This document shows positions 62,029 to 64,000 of a DNA stretch of 64,000 nt, in pieces. This stretch comes from an uncultured virus (IMG/VR IMGVR_UViG_3300025371_000001). Its lineage: Adnaviria; Zilligvirae; Taleaviricota; Tokiviricetes; Ligamenvirales; Lipothrixviridae. The stretch lies in IMG/VR virus record IMGVR_UViG_3300025371_000001. The stretch is one strand, 5' to 3'. Below the pieces are notes generated by a model. It searched no databases. It saw only the letters and a list, made by a program, of their open reading frames with translations, and was not told the origin of the DNA. Both the position numbers and the translations under genes were made by a program. Position 1 is the first letter of the stretch. Every line of letters starts with the position of its first letter.

Positions 62029-62148
62029 AAAGAAATAAACTTTTTCTTCTCACACTTTCCCGCACTTTTACTAAAGATTAAAAGCCCCACCCTTCAAGGC
62101 GGGGAGGAGGTCAGAAAAGTTTTTAGATTTCCTACCAGCTTTAAACAT

Positions 62149-63585
62149 ATGTATATTAAGCCCATTATAAGATTTCCATACACTGTTTTAGTTCAGCCCA
62201 ACGTTGGTAATGGTATGCCGCAACCTATGGTTGTTGACAGCAAAGGTCGTATCATAGTAGATAGTGAAGGAAATATATTGTCACCAGAAGCATGTTCGCC
62301 TGGAGTGAATTGTGTAGGTCAGAAAACACAGACTGCTGGAATACAAGAAGCAATAAATTATGCTAAAAATACTGGTGGGCTTTTTGTTCGTCTTAAATCT
62401 GGTTTATATACTATTAATTCTCCGCTATCAATACCCTCGTATATTGGTATAGATTTTTCTGACGCACAAGTTGAACTTTCTTCATCCTTCTCATCTCCAT
62501 ACGCAATACAGATAAATGGTCAGTTTGTAAAATTATATAACCTCGACCTTAACATGAATAACGTGCCAAATGTCGGAGCAATCACAATGTCATCATCGTT
62601 ATCAAATAATTTTGCTTACCTAACTATGAAGAATATAAACATCTATAATTTTGCACAAGGGCCACCATATAACCAGATAGGGATATATTTAACTGGATAC
62701 AATTCGTTTATCGAAGACTTACAGCTAGCGGGTAATCCAACGATGGCGATGGTAATAGAATCTGGTGCAGACATTTATGTTAATAATGTATTAATTATCA
62801 ATGCATCGTCAGCACTGCAAATATACGGTAGTGAGCACATCTTCCTTAATAATATAGATCTCGACTCTAATGGTTCTCAATATGCACAATCATCGATCAT
62901 GATTATTGACACCTCACATTCAGTCTTAATAAACAACCTATCAATATGGTTCAATGGTACAGTATACAATTATCAAAACTATAGCGGTACTGTCGGGTTA
63001 CAGATAGGTAGTCCAAACACTTCATATACTTCTAGTACACATAATAGTGATATCGTAATAAACAACCTAAACATCATAGATGCGAACGTAACATATGGGT
63101 TAGTTATATATGATGGTATAGGACTTAGGATAAAAGGTTTCATAGGTAATCCTCCGCTTTACACTACAATTTACCCTGTAAATACTGGAATAAGTTTTGG
63201 TACGAATTCAACAGCAGTAATCCAAAATAGTGCTATTGATATAGATTATTATAATTTACAAACTATAACTTCCAATTTCCCCCCAATTAACAGTTACAAC
63301 ACATTAATCGTTAGGCCGCCATATAATCCCACAACCCCAACAGTACCAGCTAGCGGTACTGCAACATATAACTACAATCCTTTCCCAGTATTAGTATATT
63401 TATATGGTGGTAGCGTGACCGAGATACAAGTCACAAAAGCGTTTAATGGTATTGTATATACTGTATTTTCAGCATCGTCTGGTACAGCATTAATGGGTAA
63501 TCCTATACGTCTTGACCCTGGTGATTCAATAACGATAACTTATTCATCAGCACCATCATGGATATGGGTACCAGCTATTAGCTGA
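62149..63585 (+). CDS. Right-handed beta-helix (pectin-lyase-like) protein, possible fibre or depolymerase
   Basis: TAGIQEAINYA...G.Y.I N-terminal motif; N/I-rich coil repeats. Confidence 0.7.
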   Translation: MYIKPIIRFPYTVLVQPNVGNGMPQPMVVDSKGRIIVDSEGNILSPEACSPGVNCVGQKTQTAGIQEAINYAKNTGGLFVRLKSGLYTINSPLSIPSYIGIDFSDAQVELSSSFSSPYAIQINGQFVKLYNLDLNMNNVPNVGAITMSSSLSNNFAYLTMKNINIYNFAQGPPYNQIGIYLTGYNSFIEDLQLAGNPTMAMVIESGADIYVNNVLIINASSALQIYGSEHIFLNNIDLDSNGSQYAQSSIMIIDTSHSVLINNLSIWFNGTVYNYQNYSGTVGLQIGSPNTSYTSSTHNSDIVINNLNIIDANVTYGLVIYDGIGLRIKGFIGNPPLYTTIYPVNTGISFGTNSTAVIQNSAIDIDYYNLQTITSNFPPINSYNTLIVRPPYNPTTPTVPASGTATYNYNPFPVLVYLYGGSVTEIQVTKAFNGIVYTVFSASSGTALMGNPIRLDPGDSITITYSSAPSWIWVPAIS

Positions 63586-63607
63586 CAAAATGAACGACAA
63601 GCCTCGC

Positions 63608-63900
63608 CTTTGTCAACAGTTTCAGATAACCTGTAAAGTTTATGTCATTTGATATCATTTAACATTACTAACTATCCCTTAACGAAAATTTATAAACTTT
63701 TCCATTAACATTAACATGTAGAAGAGAGCCCTACAGTGAACCCGAGGAGCAATGTGAGGGGGAGGATGGGTTCGATGAGGCTCCCCATGTCGTGGCTGGG
63801 AGTCCATACTCCCTAACCTAGGCGTGGGGAGCCAGACAAGGGGAATGAGGACGAGGGTTGATATGAAATATCATGAAACTCTATGAAAGTCCGACCCCCG
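63608..63900 (+). mobile_element. Non-autonomous IS607 derivative (MITE) retaining an omegaRNA-like segment
   Basis: Left end resembles 7737-7780; right end resembles 9620-9667; internal GAAAATTTATAA promoter. Confidence 0.65.
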
Positions 63901-63974
63901 TCAAAGCATGGAGGAGGTCAGAACGTTAAGCGTTTTTAGTAAGATTTTTTAACCATTCATGTATCATATTCTCT

Positions 63975-64000
63975 ATGGAACGTAAGACACTCATAATCAT
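63975..64000 (+). CDS. Start of a paralog of the 29071 surface protein (cut by window end)
   Basis: MERKTLII and its promoter nearly identical to 29029-29096. Confidence 0.7.

Overview
AT-rich, gene-dense segment of a large mobile element of a Sulfolobales-type archaeon, most likely a virus or virus-plasmid hybrid. This rests on archaeal BRE-TATA promoters, Sulfolobus-type IS605/IS607 elements, a pNOB8-like aspA-parB-parA cassette, ThyX and dCTP deaminase, sugar-nucleotide enzymes and glycosyltransferases, two trypsin-like proteases, many membrane-anchored Thr/Ser-rich proteins, a candidate nucleocapsid protein pair, an SF2 helicase and a beta-helix protein. The most striking content is non-coding. 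(1) At least 9 full and several partial dispersed cassettes have the layout promoter, ~100-nt structured scaffold, 24-nt repeat GTTGAAGTACTGCAAAAGTGCGGG, variable spacer(s). One is a 5-repeat array; it and a second cassette flank an enlarged 526-aa TnpB/Cas12-like gene, suggesting an omegaRNA-to-CRISPR intermediate RNA-guided system. (2) A separate array of six exactly 38-nt units, each with two 9-nt variable segments, resembles a TIGR array. (3) About 30 IS605-end hairpins punctuate intergenic regions, often flush against promoters. All protein calls are from motifs read by eye; no database search was run.
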